Shown: positions 35,920-44,073 of the stretch, piece after piece
Layout of the letters: each line of letters begins with the position of its first letter
How positions within the stretch are numbered: position 1 is the first letter of the stretch
From: a virus
Taxonomy: Duplodnaviria > Caudoviricetes
Virus record (IMG/VR): IMGVR_UViG_3300042366_000970
Span: 1-48,995 of that record
DNA: 48,995 nucleotides
Direction: 5' to 3' (one strand)
Notes under the pieces: generated by a model
Told to the model about the DNA's origin: nothing
What the model saw: the letters and a program-made list of their open reading frames with translations, nothing else
Databases searched by the model: none
Translations under genes and position numbers: made by a program

Positions 35920-36324
35920 CTACACGCGGGCGATACGGAGGGTAGCCTGTCCGCGGATCGCGTCGTTCGTTGCTAGCGTCAGCGTCGAGGCATTGACCGT
36001 GTAGGCCACGCCACTCAGAAGGGTAACGCCAGCGGTGCCCGCGCCGCCCGTGATGATGGTGCACGTGCCGGTCGAGGCGTCAGCGATAATCGTGCGGCCG
36101 AGGTAGTCAAACTGAACCGTGCGGCCGGTGTCGCTCACGCTGCCCTGCAGCGGCCGGTCAATCGTCCGAACGGACGCGCCGGTCGTCAGACCCAGGTGGC
36201 TTACGTCAATCTTCTCTTGGTCGGCGGTCGGGTCGGTGAACGAAATGACGATGTTCGTCACGGTGTACTGCGTCGCGCCCAGCGCGAGCGTCGTGCCGGT
36301 TCCGTCGTGAGGCGTAAAGGACAT
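35920..36324 (-). CDS. Tail tube protein-like
   Basis: GTTL...KIDVSHL...DTG motifs; follows the terminator protein. Confidence 0.7.
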   Translation of the reverse strand: MSFTPHDGTGTTLALGATQYTVTNIVISFTDPTADQEKIDVSHLGLTTGASVRTIDRPLQGSVSDTGRTVQFDYLGRTIIADASTGTCTIITGGAGTAGVTLLSGVAYTVNASTLTLATNDAIRGQATLRIARV

Positions 36325-36327
36325 TTC

Positions 36328-36747
36328 CTAAATCTCCTTCCAGATGATCGAGTACGTTTGCGACACCGAATACACGGGCGGCGTGTCGCCACCGGCTAGC
36401 TGCACGAACCCGTCCGACTCGTTATCGAGCGAGACGTTGTTCACTACGATTGAGTCTGACTGAGCGGTGCCGTACCCATCCAGACACACCCGGCACTTGT
36501 CGGCGAGTTCCCTTACTGCCTCGTAGGTCTCGGCGTACATATCGAGCGAGAGAATCACTGTCGGCATCCCCATCGGGCCGGAAAGCGTGTGCTGACGCTG
36601 GACGCCGCTGCGGCGGTAGGTGAGGAACGGGATGTCGGCGCTGGCGGGGGCGAGCACCGGAAACACCCGGGTGCCCACGACGGCCGCGACGGCCGTGTTC
36701 GCCACCAGGGCGTTGCGGATCACGACCTCGGGGCTTTTGAACGACAT
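36328..36747 (-). CDS. Tail terminator/completion protein (DUF3168-like)
   Basis: VGTRVFPVLAP...PFLTY...LDMYAETY. Confidence 0.82.
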   Translation of the reverse strand: MSFKSPEVVIRNALVANTAVAAVVGTRVFPVLAPASADIPFLTYRRSGVQRQHTLSGPMGMPTVILSLDMYAETYEAVRELADKCRVCLDGYGTAQSDSIVVNNVSLDNESDGFVQLAGGDTPPVYSVSQTYSIIWKEI

Positions 36748-36753
36748 ACCCGC

Positions 36754-36783
36754 ATCATGCCGCCTAGGCGGGCGATGCTTGCA
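36754..36783 (-). promoter_or_regulatory. Class I promoter TGCAAG-N18-CATGAT
   Basis: Repeated motif; ATG 6 nt downstream. Confidence 0.65.
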
Positions 36784-36786
36784 GCG

Positions 36787-37641
36787 TCAGCCCCCGGCAC
36801 TCGTCAGCGCGCCGGTGATCGACCCGGACCCGCGGAAGACGAGCGTCTTGACCGCCGCCTCCAGTGAAATCCGCAACTCCGACTGCAGCCGCTCGGCCAC
36901 GAGCCCCTTCGTCTGGTTCCATGCCGTCTGGACCGGCGGCAGCCCGGCCCGGCCACCGGGCTGCACGGCGGGCAGGATGATCGGCGTCGAAGACCGTTTG
37001 AAGAACGCTTTCGGGGTCGGCGGGTTGGTCGTGAACTTCTTGCGGTCGCCCCGCACCTTCTGAATTTCAAACGGCCCCAGTTCGTTGAAACTGCTCGCGA
37101 AGTAGGAGGGGCGAAGTTCCGTCACGTTGTGGGCACTGACCGCGTGAGCCGTCACGGGGTGGGCGCGGACGGTCACCGGCTTCCCGTTGCGGATCCGGGT
37201 GTGGGCCTTCCGTAGGAATCCGCCCTTCACGTAGGAACTGCGGAAATACCGCTTCGGCGGCGTCGGCTTGTCGATGATCCGGGGCTTTGTCCCGAACTCC
37301 AACCACCATTGGTGAAACGCCCGGTCGGGACCGGCCTGGATCGTGCCGCCCTGCGCGCTCTGGCTGTCATCGGCACCAGCCCGGCGATAGCCGAACAGGG
37401 CGACCGCGTTCCCCGTGCGGGCGTAGGTCTTCACCTTGAGATCAACCGCCCGTCGCATATTGCGGGTCGGCCCGATGGGCGTCACCTCGCCCAGCCGCAG
37501 GAACGCCGGGTAGACGGCCTTATAGAGGGCATCGCCGAGGAGTTTGGCCGCGGCGGCCTTGTCGCCCAGATTGCGGATTCCCGCGCGGAGTTTCTCTAGT
37601 TCGGGAAACTCGACGCTGATCTTGGCACCGGCAACAGCCAT
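36787..37641 (-). CDS. HK97 gp10-like neck protein with basic insertion
   Basis: TPIGPTRNMRRA, HQWWLEFGT; start re-picked at MAVAGAK. Confidence 0.78.
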   Translation of the reverse strand: MAVAGAKISVEFPELEKLRAGIRNLGDKAAAAKLLGDALYKAVYPAFLRLGEVTPIGPTRNMRRAVDLKVKTYARTGNAVALFGYRRAGADDSQSAQGGTIQAGPDRAFHQWWLEFGTKPRIIDKPTPPKRYFRSSYVKGGFLRKAHTRIRNGKPVTVRAHPVTAHAVSAHNVTELRPSYFASSFNELGPFEIQKVRGDRKKFTTNPPTPKAFFKRSSTPIILPAVQPGGRAGLPPVQTAWNQTKGLVAERLQSELRISLEAAVKTLVFRGSGSITGALTSAGG

Positions 37642-37958
37642 CAGCTCGTCTCCTGACAGATCAACTCGTGAACGCTGCGGTTGTCGTGCTCCAAAATGGA
37701 CATGATCTCCAGCGTGCGGCCCCGCCACAGGAGCCGCATCTGGCCGGTGAGCCCGGGCAGATAACGCATCCGCACGCGGTGCGAAATCTCCGTCTGCTGC
37801 TGGCCCGCCAGAAGCAACTCGCGAGCCGTCACGCCTTCGACGCTGGCCCACACGGTCGCGAACTCGCTCCACGTGGGGATCGGCTCGCCGAGCGTGTTGG
37901 TGGTCTGCGTGGCGACCTGGGCCGTCACACGCTCGCGCATCTGCCCGGCGTTGATCAC
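37641..37958 (-). CDS. Head closure (stopper) protein, SPP1 gp16-like
   Basis: INAGQMRERV...TVWASVE...RVRMRY. Confidence 0.88.
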   Translation of the reverse strand: MINAGQMRERVTAQVATQTTNTLGEPIPTWSEFATVWASVEGVTARELLLAGQQQTEISHRVRMRYLPGLTGQMRLLWRGRTLEIMSILEHDNRSVHELICQETS

Positions 37959-38524
37959 GTGTAAGACCCCCACGACACGGTATCGAGCAGTGCCTTCGCC
38001 CCGGGCGGCAACTGGGCATCCCCACGGCCGTCGTAGAGGGCCAAGATCGTCATCAGCATGGCCGACTTCACCCGCTGCGGCACGTCGGCCGACGAGCCGT
38101 AGCCCGCCCACCACGTGACCGTGACGGAGTTGGTGTCGAGCAAGTGCGAGGGCCAGGAACCGTTGTAGAGCGTGCGGATCCGCCCCGGCGTGGCGTCGCG
38201 ATCCACCCGGTACTCGGTGGGTGGCAGCGTCACGGTCTCGCCGGTTGAGATGGTGTAGGTGACGGTGACGGCGGTCGTCGTCGCGCTCATCGGCGGGCGG
38301 GGTAGTTCGATCTCCGGCGGGAACGAGTCCAGCCGCATGACGTATTGCTGGGTCACAAGGCTGCGATCGAGGTAGTCCTCGACAAGTTCGCGAGCCGTCT
38401 GGATGTAGCCCACGATCAGAGCATCGTCGGCGCTAGAGTCCACGCGGCAGTGGGCCTTGGCGTCGGCCAGCGACACGGGCTCGACCACTGGGGCGGTCGT
38501 GCGTTTGAGGCTGCGGTATCTCAC
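37955..38524 (-). CDS. Head-tail connector (gp6/gp15-like)
   Basis: EPVSLADAKAHCRVD...AGYG...VP. Confidence 0.9.
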   Translation of the reverse strand: MRYRSLKRTTAPVVEPVSLADAKAHCRVDSSADDALIVGYIQTARELVEDYLDRSLVTQQYVMRLDSFPPEIELPRPPMSATTTAVTVTYTISTGETVTLPPTEYRVDRDATPGRIRTLYNGSWPSHLLDTNSVTVTWWAGYGSSADVPQRVKSAMLMTILALYDGRGDAQLPPGAKALLDTVSWGSYT

Positions 38525-38712
38525 GGCTTTCTCCGGGGGTTCAGGTCGGCCGTCTCGGAGCGTTCCTCGACGGTCGCCGTCTCGATCAGATTCCGCTGCC
38601 GCTCCTCGACCGCGTAGCCGTCGGCGATCAAGAGCCGCCCGGCCGCATCCTCGATCTCGATCACGTCGCCCTTGCGGTACGACCTGACTGCCTTGACCAG
38701 TTTTATTTTCAT
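38521..38712 (-). CDS. Small head-region protein resembling ribosomal L9 N-domain
   Basis: MKIKLVKAVRSYRKGDVIEIEDAAGRLLIADGYA. Confidence 0.65.
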   Translation of the reverse strand: MKIKLVKAVRSYRKGDVIEIEDAAGRLLIADGYAVEERQRNLIETATVEERSETADLNPRRKP

Positions 38713-39446
38713 TCCTGCGGCAGGCTCCATGCAGTTTTCGGCGGCTTTTTCGTCTCCTGCCACTCGGTCGTGTACTGGAAGACGGGCGAGGCGAAGTTCT
38801 TCCCGGGCCACGTGATCACGTATTCGCCGTGCCCGATGCACACGCGGGGCGTGACATAGAGCCGGTTGCCAGACGCTTTCCACGTCCTCCAAAAGCCAAT
38901 GTCGGAATCAGTTCTTCCGTCATGCCAAGAACCATTCGGATCGGGCGTCTCCTGAAACCACGGCTTCTTCATCCGCTTCAAGGCGGCGGTGCTGATGATC
39001 GTGCAGCCGAAGTGCGCCGTATCGACCTGCTGGACGGGGGCACCGAACCACTCCATCGGCAGGCTCGTCGTGCCGCCCTCTGGCGGATTGTCAAGCGTGT
39101 CGAGGAGCGTGAGCATCGGCCGCCCGTCCTCTCGCTTCGTCTGCAGCGGAGCCAACGCGTCGCATTGGAACGTCATCGCCATCGCGAACAGGTGTTCGAC
39201 GGATTCCTTCGATATGAAGGAATCCATATCTAGGCACAGGACGTACTCAGTCGTGTCCTGAAATTGCTCCATCATCCGCGTGAGCACCTGACTCCAAAAC
39301 GCCCCCTGACCAAGCGTAGGGCGAATGTGGAGAGGCATCAGCGCCTCGATGAACCCGAATGCGTTGATGAGCGGCCCGAATCGCGGCCCCGACAGGATCG
39401 CCTCGCACCGCACTTCGACCGACGAGCCGCCAACTTGCACAAGCAT
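38709..39446 (-). CDS. Glycosyltransferase (GT-A) within the head module
   Basis: YVLCLDMD (DxD), HFGCTII, KPWF, DIGFW, VCIGH. Confidence 0.82.
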   Translation of the reverse strand: MLVQVGGSSVEVRCEAILSGPRFGPLINAFGFIEALMPLHIRPTLGQGAFWSQVLTRMMEQFQDTTEYVLCLDMDSFISKESVEHLFAMAMTFQCDALAPLQTKREDGRPMLTLLDTLDNPPEGGTTSLPMEWFGAPVQQVDTAHFGCTIISTAALKRMKKPWFQETPDPNGSWHDGRTDSDIGFWRTWKASGNRLYVTPRVCIGHGEYVITWPGKNFASPVFQYTTEWQETKKPPKTAWSLPQE

Positions 39447-39456
39447 GGATCGCTCC

Positions 39457-39499
39457 AAAAAGAGAAACGGCGGGGCAGGCGATTGCCTACCCCGCCGTT
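39457..39499 (-). terminator. Rho-independent terminator after the capsid/decoration genes
   Basis: AACGGCGGGGTAGGC-AATC-GCCTGCCCCGCCGTT followed by TCTCTTTTT. Confidence 0.8.
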
Positions 39500-39500
39500 C

Positions 39501-39520
39501 ACTTTGGTCACGCTGTCAAG
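39501..39520 (-). promoter_or_regulatory. Class II promoter CTTGAC-N8-CAAAGT
   Basis: Repeated motif directly upstream of the terminator. Confidence 0.55.
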
Positions 39521-39523
39521 CGA

Positions 39524-39973
39524 CTAGCCGACGGCCTGCGTGTTGACGCCCTTGCTGGTCGCGTCAACCGGCCCCGCCTCGCCCTTCGACAGGCGAGCGA
39601 TGGTCACGACGCCGCACGCGCTGGCGGGCGTCGCGTAGACCGTCAGGTAACGCTTCTTGCCGCGGAGGTCCACGTCGAAGCGGTGGGAGTAACCCACGCC
39701 GCCCGTCGCGGTCGTACCGGCGGCCACGGTGTAGTCGGTCCCGCCGACCATGCCGCTGATGTTCGTCTGACCCGAGCCCGACACGTCGGACTGGGCGAGA
39801 CGAAGCACCGTGGCGGCAGCCGTGGGGCCGCTTGCACCGGCGAAGGGGCTGAAAGCAACGTCAATCGACGCGTAGGCAAATCCGAGCGTGTCGATTTCGA
39901 GCGAGTGAGTAGCGGACGAGGCGACGTTCGTCTCGACCTTCTCAACGCTCCGGGTGGAAGCAACGTGGTTCAT
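39524..39973 (-). CDS. Capsid decoration/cement-like protein
   Basis: IDTLGF...KKRYLTV beta-sandwich pattern; follows MCP. Confidence 0.7.
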   Translation of the reverse strand: MNHVASTRSVEKVETNVASSATHSLEIDTLGFAYASIDVAFSPFAGASGPTAAATVLRLAQSDVSGSGQTNISGMVGGTDYTVAAGTTATGGVGYSHRFDVDLRGKKRYLTVYATPASACGVVTIARLSKGEAGPVDATSKGVNTQAVG

Positions 39974-40003
39974 GGGGTCAGGGTCTCCTTGAGGGGGTCG
40001 AAA

Positions 40004-41359
40004 TTAGGCGGCGAACTTGAGGGCGACGATCGGACCGGCCACCGTGGTCGAGCCGAGGTCGTGCACCACCATCGCGTTGCGGGTGGTCGCAAAGGTGAGC
40101 GTCTGGTCGAACTCGATGTACCGCTCGGAAGCGGTGCGGATCGAGACGGCCCGCCGCTCGCCGAACGTCGCGGCCTGCGAGAGGTCGCCGAACAGCGCCG
40201 CGACCTTGCCGCCCGTGCCGGTCAGATCGCTGGTGAGCGAGTGAACGAGCACAACCGGGAAGCCGAGGAACTGGAGGCCAGCACCGCCAGCGATGTCGGC
40301 CACGTTGTTGCCAGCCGAGGCCACCATGAGCCGCAGCATCGACGCACCGTAACCGGCCGGGCTCACGTAAAACTTCGCCTGACGACGGGCATAGAGCGGG
40401 AGGCGGCTCACGAGGTCCGTGAACGACTTCAGCTCCAGCTCCGCGAAGACGTTGTCGCCGCTCGGGGCGGTGACGACCGACTTCGAGTAGCCCGACTTCA
40501 GGATCTTCGTGGCCACACCCTCGACACCGTGGTGGGCCGAAGAACCGTCGCCAGCCCAGCCCGCGTTGTCGAACGCTTCGGCGTAAGCCTGGGCGATCTC
40601 CACCGCCATCGCGTCGGCGAGGTCGATGATCGAGTCTTCGAGCAGCGAGTTGGGCACGCGGTTGGCCACGCCCCAAATCTTCGCGTTCAGTTCGATGTTG
40701 TCGAACGTCACGTCCGAAGCGGTCACTTCGACGTTCTCACCGACGGGCCTCGCCGCAAGACCACCGGTCCGACGGGCCACGACGAGCGTGTCGGAGTTCA
40801 TCGACACCCGGCGAGCGTTCGCCGGGAAGGAGCCGAACTCCTCCACGAGCCGGATGATCTCGCTCGACATCTCGGGGCTGGTCAGCACGCCGCCGAGGCT
40901 GTTGATGCCACCGGCCTGGGCACGCTGCTCGACACCGTGGTCGACACACCACCGACGGGCCTCGGCATCGCCGAAGACATAGCCGCGGAGGTGCATACCG
41001 GCGCGGTACGCGGTCTCGGAATCCTTGAACGCGCGAAGGACGCCGTGGCTCTTCGGCACGGCATGAACGGTACGCTTTTCCACGGGGGTCTCCTCGGTGG
41101 GGGTCTCAATCGCCTTGACGGGTGCGGAACGCTCCAGCACGGACCGCAGTTCGGCTTCCTTGGCCTGGACGCGCTGCACGAACTCGATCCGCTCGCGGAG
41201 CTTGTCGGCCTTCACTTCGAGCGAGCGGAGCGACGCCTCCTGCTCCTCGGTCATCGGGGCCGCGTCTTCGCCCTCGGGGGCGTCCTCGGTCATCGCCTCC
41301 ATCTCGGCGACAACGGCAGCCAGTTCATCGAGCAGAGCCTTGAGCTTTTCGACAGCCAC
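40004..41359 (-). CDS. Major capsid protein, HK97 fold
   Basis: Coiled-coil delta domain; GGVL, VPNSLLEDS, GDGS, FLGFPVV, LFGD. Confidence 0.95.
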   Translation of the reverse strand: MAVEKLKALLDELAAVVAEMEAMTEDAPEGEDAAPMTEEQEASLRSLEVKADKLRERIEFVQRVQAKEAELRSVLERSAPVKAIETPTEETPVEKRTVHAVPKSHGVLRAFKDSETAYRAGMHLRGYVFGDAEARRWCVDHGVEQRAQAGGINSLGGVLTSPEMSSEIIRLVEEFGSFPANARRVSMNSDTLVVARRTGGLAARPVGENVEVTASDVTFDNIELNAKIWGVANRVPNSLLEDSIIDLADAMAVEIAQAYAEAFDNAGWAGDGSSAHHGVEGVATKILKSGYSKSVVTAPSGDNVFAELELKSFTDLVSRLPLYARRQAKFYVSPAGYGASMLRLMVASAGNNVADIAGGAGLQFLGFPVVLVHSLTSDLTGTGGKVAALFGDLSQAATFGERRAVSIRTASERYIEFDQTLTFATTRNAMVVHDLGSTTVAGPIVALKFAA

Positions 41360-41412
41360 GTGAGCGTCTCCTGTGTTCGGGTATTCCGGCGACCGATGCC
41401 GCCGATACCCTC

Positions 41413-41442
41413 ACGCTATGGACGCACGCCCCAACCCTTGCA
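41413..41442 (-). promoter_or_regulatory. Class I promoter TGCAAG-N18-TAGCGT upstream of MCP
   Basis: Repeated motif. Confidence 0.68.
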
Positions 41443-41471
41443 GAAAAAGATGGGCGGGCAGTAAACGAACC

Positions 41472-41645
41472 CTAGCCCGCCTTCGCGCGGCGAACCTCGA
41501 CCGCGGGCAGCACGTGCTTGTCGGTGCAGCCGCAATCGCGGCAGCGCAAGTACCGAATTTGGTACTCCCCCTGCCGCTGGCTGGATGCGACCAGCAACCG
41601 GCCCGCGCTGCACTTGGGGCAGGAATCCCCGCTCTTAGCGGCCAT
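41472..41645 (-). CDS. 57-aa Ogr/Delta-like Zn-ribbon protein (not in ORF track)
   Basis: MAAKSGDSCPKCSAGRLLVASSQRQGEYQIRYLRCRDCGCTDK...; GAGG RBS. Confidence 0.72.
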   Translation of the reverse strand: MAAKSGDSCPKCSAGRLLVASSQRQGEYQIRYLRCRDCGCTDKHVLPAVEVRRAKAG

Positions 41646-42342
41646 GCGTCCTCAAGAAGTCTTTGATCTCGCCGATCTTCCCGATGGCGGCAGTGTGCTT
41701 CGCAATCACGTGAGCCTGCCGCTTGAGGAACTGATCATAAGAACGCTTGGCAACCGCCACGTCGCTGTCGGGGTAGGCGGGGAACGTGGTCGGGGACACG
41801 TCGATCAGCGAATCGACCCGCTTGATCGTCCGCACGCTGCGGCCCTCTTCCATGCTCCACTCGTCACCACCTGACGAGACTTGGAACGCGAACGACGAGC
41901 CCTTCACGATCCCAGCCCGAATGTTCGCGGCGATGTCGCGGCCGTAGGTCGTGTCGGGCACCGGGAACTCATACCGCAGGCCCACGTCGTCCACCGTCAG
42001 CCGCAGCGTCTCGGGGTAGCGGGCGAGGGGGAAGTTCGGGTCGTGATTCCACAAAGCCCGGGTCTGCAGCGGCTTCTTGCGGCCGCGCCGCTCGGTGACG
42101 ATGCCGAACGCGCCCGGGTCGAGGCGTTCCACGAAGTCGCCCAGGTCGAGGGACAAGACGCCGAACTTGGCGGCATACCCGACGATCCACTCGCGGGACT
42201 CGTTGCTGCCTTCCTCGCTCCGCGTCTCGACAGCGAGCAGCGGCGTGTCGGATTCGATCTCGTCAAGGATTAGGGATCGGCGTTCGATGTTGCCCATAGT
42301 GTTCCGGTGCTCCTCGTTGGCGGCGGTCGCCTGCTCGGCCAT
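41635..42342 (-). CDS. HK97-family prohead protease
   Basis: IVGYAAKF, ALWNHD, GSSFAF, DVSPTTFPAYPD. Confidence 0.95.
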   Translation of the reverse strand: MAEQATAANEEHRNTMGNIERRSLILDEIESDTPLLAVETRSEEGSNESREWIVGYAAKFGVLSLDLGDFVERLDPGAFGIVTERRGRKKPLQTRALWNHDPNFPLARYPETLRLTVDDVGLRYEFPVPDTTYGRDIAANIRAGIVKGSSFAFQVSSGGDEWSMEEGRSVRTIKRVDSLIDVSPTTFPAYPDSDVAVAKRSYDQFLKRQAHVIAKHTAAIGKIGEIKDFLRTHGR

Positions 42343-42357
42343 CTTGTTCCTTCTTTC

Positions 42358-42387
42358 ACTCTAGCCCGCGCGCGGCGTTCTCTTGCA
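42358..42387 (-). promoter_or_regulatory. Class I promoter TGCAAG-N18-TAGAGT
   Basis: Repeated motif upstream of the protease. Confidence 0.68.
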
Positions 42388-42406
42388 CACTAGGGCGGCG
42401 CGGCAC

Positions 42407-42661
42407 TCAGTAGACTCGCCCCTTCTCGGCTGGCGGCTCGTCTATGGAATCAATTTTTGCGCCGACGCGCCCCCTGAGGGCGGCCGCAAGGTGAGCGCCC
42501 TTACCTCCCATTGCCGGTGAGTATTCCTCCAGCGCCTCTTCCGCAATCGCTGCAATCGACCTTTTTGTCGCATCGCTTTCGGCAGAAACGGTCACATCAC
42601 CGCTCCTCAAAGAAAGGACTGCCCTTTCGCCTGCAACTGTGAAACGCACAGAGATGCTCAC
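42407..42661 (-). CDS. Small hypothetical protein coupled to the metallopeptidase gene
   Basis: GTGA overlap with 42658. Confidence 0.6.
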   Translation of the reverse strand: MSISVRFTVAGERAVLSLRSGDVTVSAESDATKRSIAAIAEEALEEYSPAMGGKGAHLAAALRGRVGAKIDSIDEPPAEKGRVY

Positions 42662-44073
42662 TGCTTCCGCTTTCTTTGCTGCCGAGTTTTTTTCAAAAGC
42701 CTTCCTGTCACTATTCCAGAAACAAGATCAAACCACTCTGGGTCTGCCTTCGCAAATCTGATTGGGTCGCGATACATCAACTCCATGCCCATCGACAAAA
42801 CTTCCGTCGGGGTCTTCATTTTCATCGCTTCGCGGTCTTTCGATCTGTAGTCCTTCCCCGTGTAGTAAGCCCTTCGCATCGACTCGTCGGCTCCCTCTCC
42901 GGTGGCCGCAAACGCCTTCGCGAAGTCGTCGGGAAGCCCCCTTTCGTCATCGCGATACGCAGCCGTCGGAAATCTCTCTTTCAGCGACTCTGCCTCGGAT
43001 GCTCCGATCCTGCTTCTGAGAAAGTCCTCCGTCAATGATCGAGCCTCTGGGTTGCCATGTTCTATCTGGTGGCCAAACTCATGCACGAAAGTCCTGTGCT
43101 TGTCGGTCGGATCTAGGCGGGTCGTCCCTACCGCCCCAAACTCCGTTCCGTCGTCGCGAACAAACACGCCTCCGCCCGCAGACGCACGCACTCCGTCTTC
43201 GTACGCAATAGCCCCCTGAAGCGCACTTGCGTGGATCGTGTTGTTGACGTGCTCCCTGAGGTATTGCTGGCTGTCTGTTCTCACTGATGCAGCGTATTGG
43301 CTTCTTGCCATCTGCTCGCTCTCGAAACCCGAGCCTGCGAATGACTCGCCGCGACGGTTGTGCCTTTCGATGGCATCGGCAATTGTCTTGCGCTCCGCCG
43401 CCGTTATCCCGTCTTCTTTATCAATCGCAGCAATCTCCTTTTTGAACGCCCTGGCCGTTGCCGTCCTGCGATCTTCGGCAGCCTTGTCCTTTGCTTTCTT
43501 CGCCGCTGCTTCGGCTTTCTCGAAAGGCTCTAGCCCAACCTTTGCCTGCGTAACCTCCGAGCCTGCTTGCCGAACTCGCTCCCACAGGGCTTCGTTCTTT
43601 GCGTCTTGCTGCCCTTGAGCCAGTAAATCTTCGTACTTGGTCGTCAGTTCATTGACCTTAGACCACTGACCGGCGAGTGCCTCCTTTGCGTCAATGTGGT
43701 CGTTCATCGCTTTTATATGCTTCTCTTCGGCCTTTGTATTTGCGACCTCAATGCTTTTGCGAAACTTGTCGAGCGCCTTCTTGTGCTCCTCTCTCGCGGC
43801 CTTAACAAGCGGCCCGTCCCCGGGCTTCGCCTGCTCAACGCTGCCAGATGACCCGCCGCCAGACGCGCCGCTGTCGCCAGCACCAGCCCCACCGCCCCCC
43901 GCGCACTTATTCCCGGGCTTGAACCCGCCCGCGCCGGTGCCGCAGTCGCGGCGGGCACTGCCGCCTTCGCCGGATGTGGCGTCGCTTGCCATCAGCAATT
44001 CTTCGTCGGTCGGCCAAGGTGGCCGGTACGTCGGCTCGTAGCCCTCGCGGGCCATAGGCGATGGGATTGTCAT
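42658..44073 (-). CDS. Head-cargo protein with coiled coil and C-terminal HExxH metallopeptidase
   Basis: CGTGAGGFKPGNKC tag; FVHEFGHQIE...YTGKDY...TEVLSMG. Confidence 0.78.
   Translation of the reverse strand: MTIPSPMAREGYEPTYRPPWPTDEELLMASDATSGEGGSARRDCGTGAGGFKPGNKCAGGGGAGAGDSGASGGGSSGSVEQAKPGDGPLVKAAREEHKKALDKFRKSIEVANTKAEEKHIKAMNDHIDAKEALAGQWSKVNELTTKYEDLLAQGQQDAKNEALWERVRQAGSEVTQAKVGLEPFEKAEAAAKKAKDKAAEDRRTATARAFKKEIAAIDKEDGITAAERKTIADAIERHNRRGESFAGSGFESEQMARSQYAASVRTDSQQYLREHVNNTIHASALQGAIAYEDGVRASAGGGVFVRDDGTEFGAVGTTRLDPTDKHRTFVHEFGHQIEHGNPEARSLTEDFLRSRIGASEAESLKERFPTAAYRDDERGLPDDFAKAFAATGEGADESMRRAYYTGKDYRSKDREAMKMKTPTEVLSMGMELMYRDPIRFAKADPEWFDLVSGIVTGRLLKKTRQQRKRKQ

Noticed and set aside
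37642-38025. N-terminal extension of the 412-aa ORF 36787-38025
   Set aside because: Overlaps the head-closure gene; the real start is the coupled ATG at 37641
38521-38712. Phage-encoded ribosomal protein L9
   Set aside because: Only a short N-terminal resemblance; position and size fit a small head-accessory protein
39683-41464. 593-aa + strand ORF
   Set aside because: Antisense shadow of the major capsid gene
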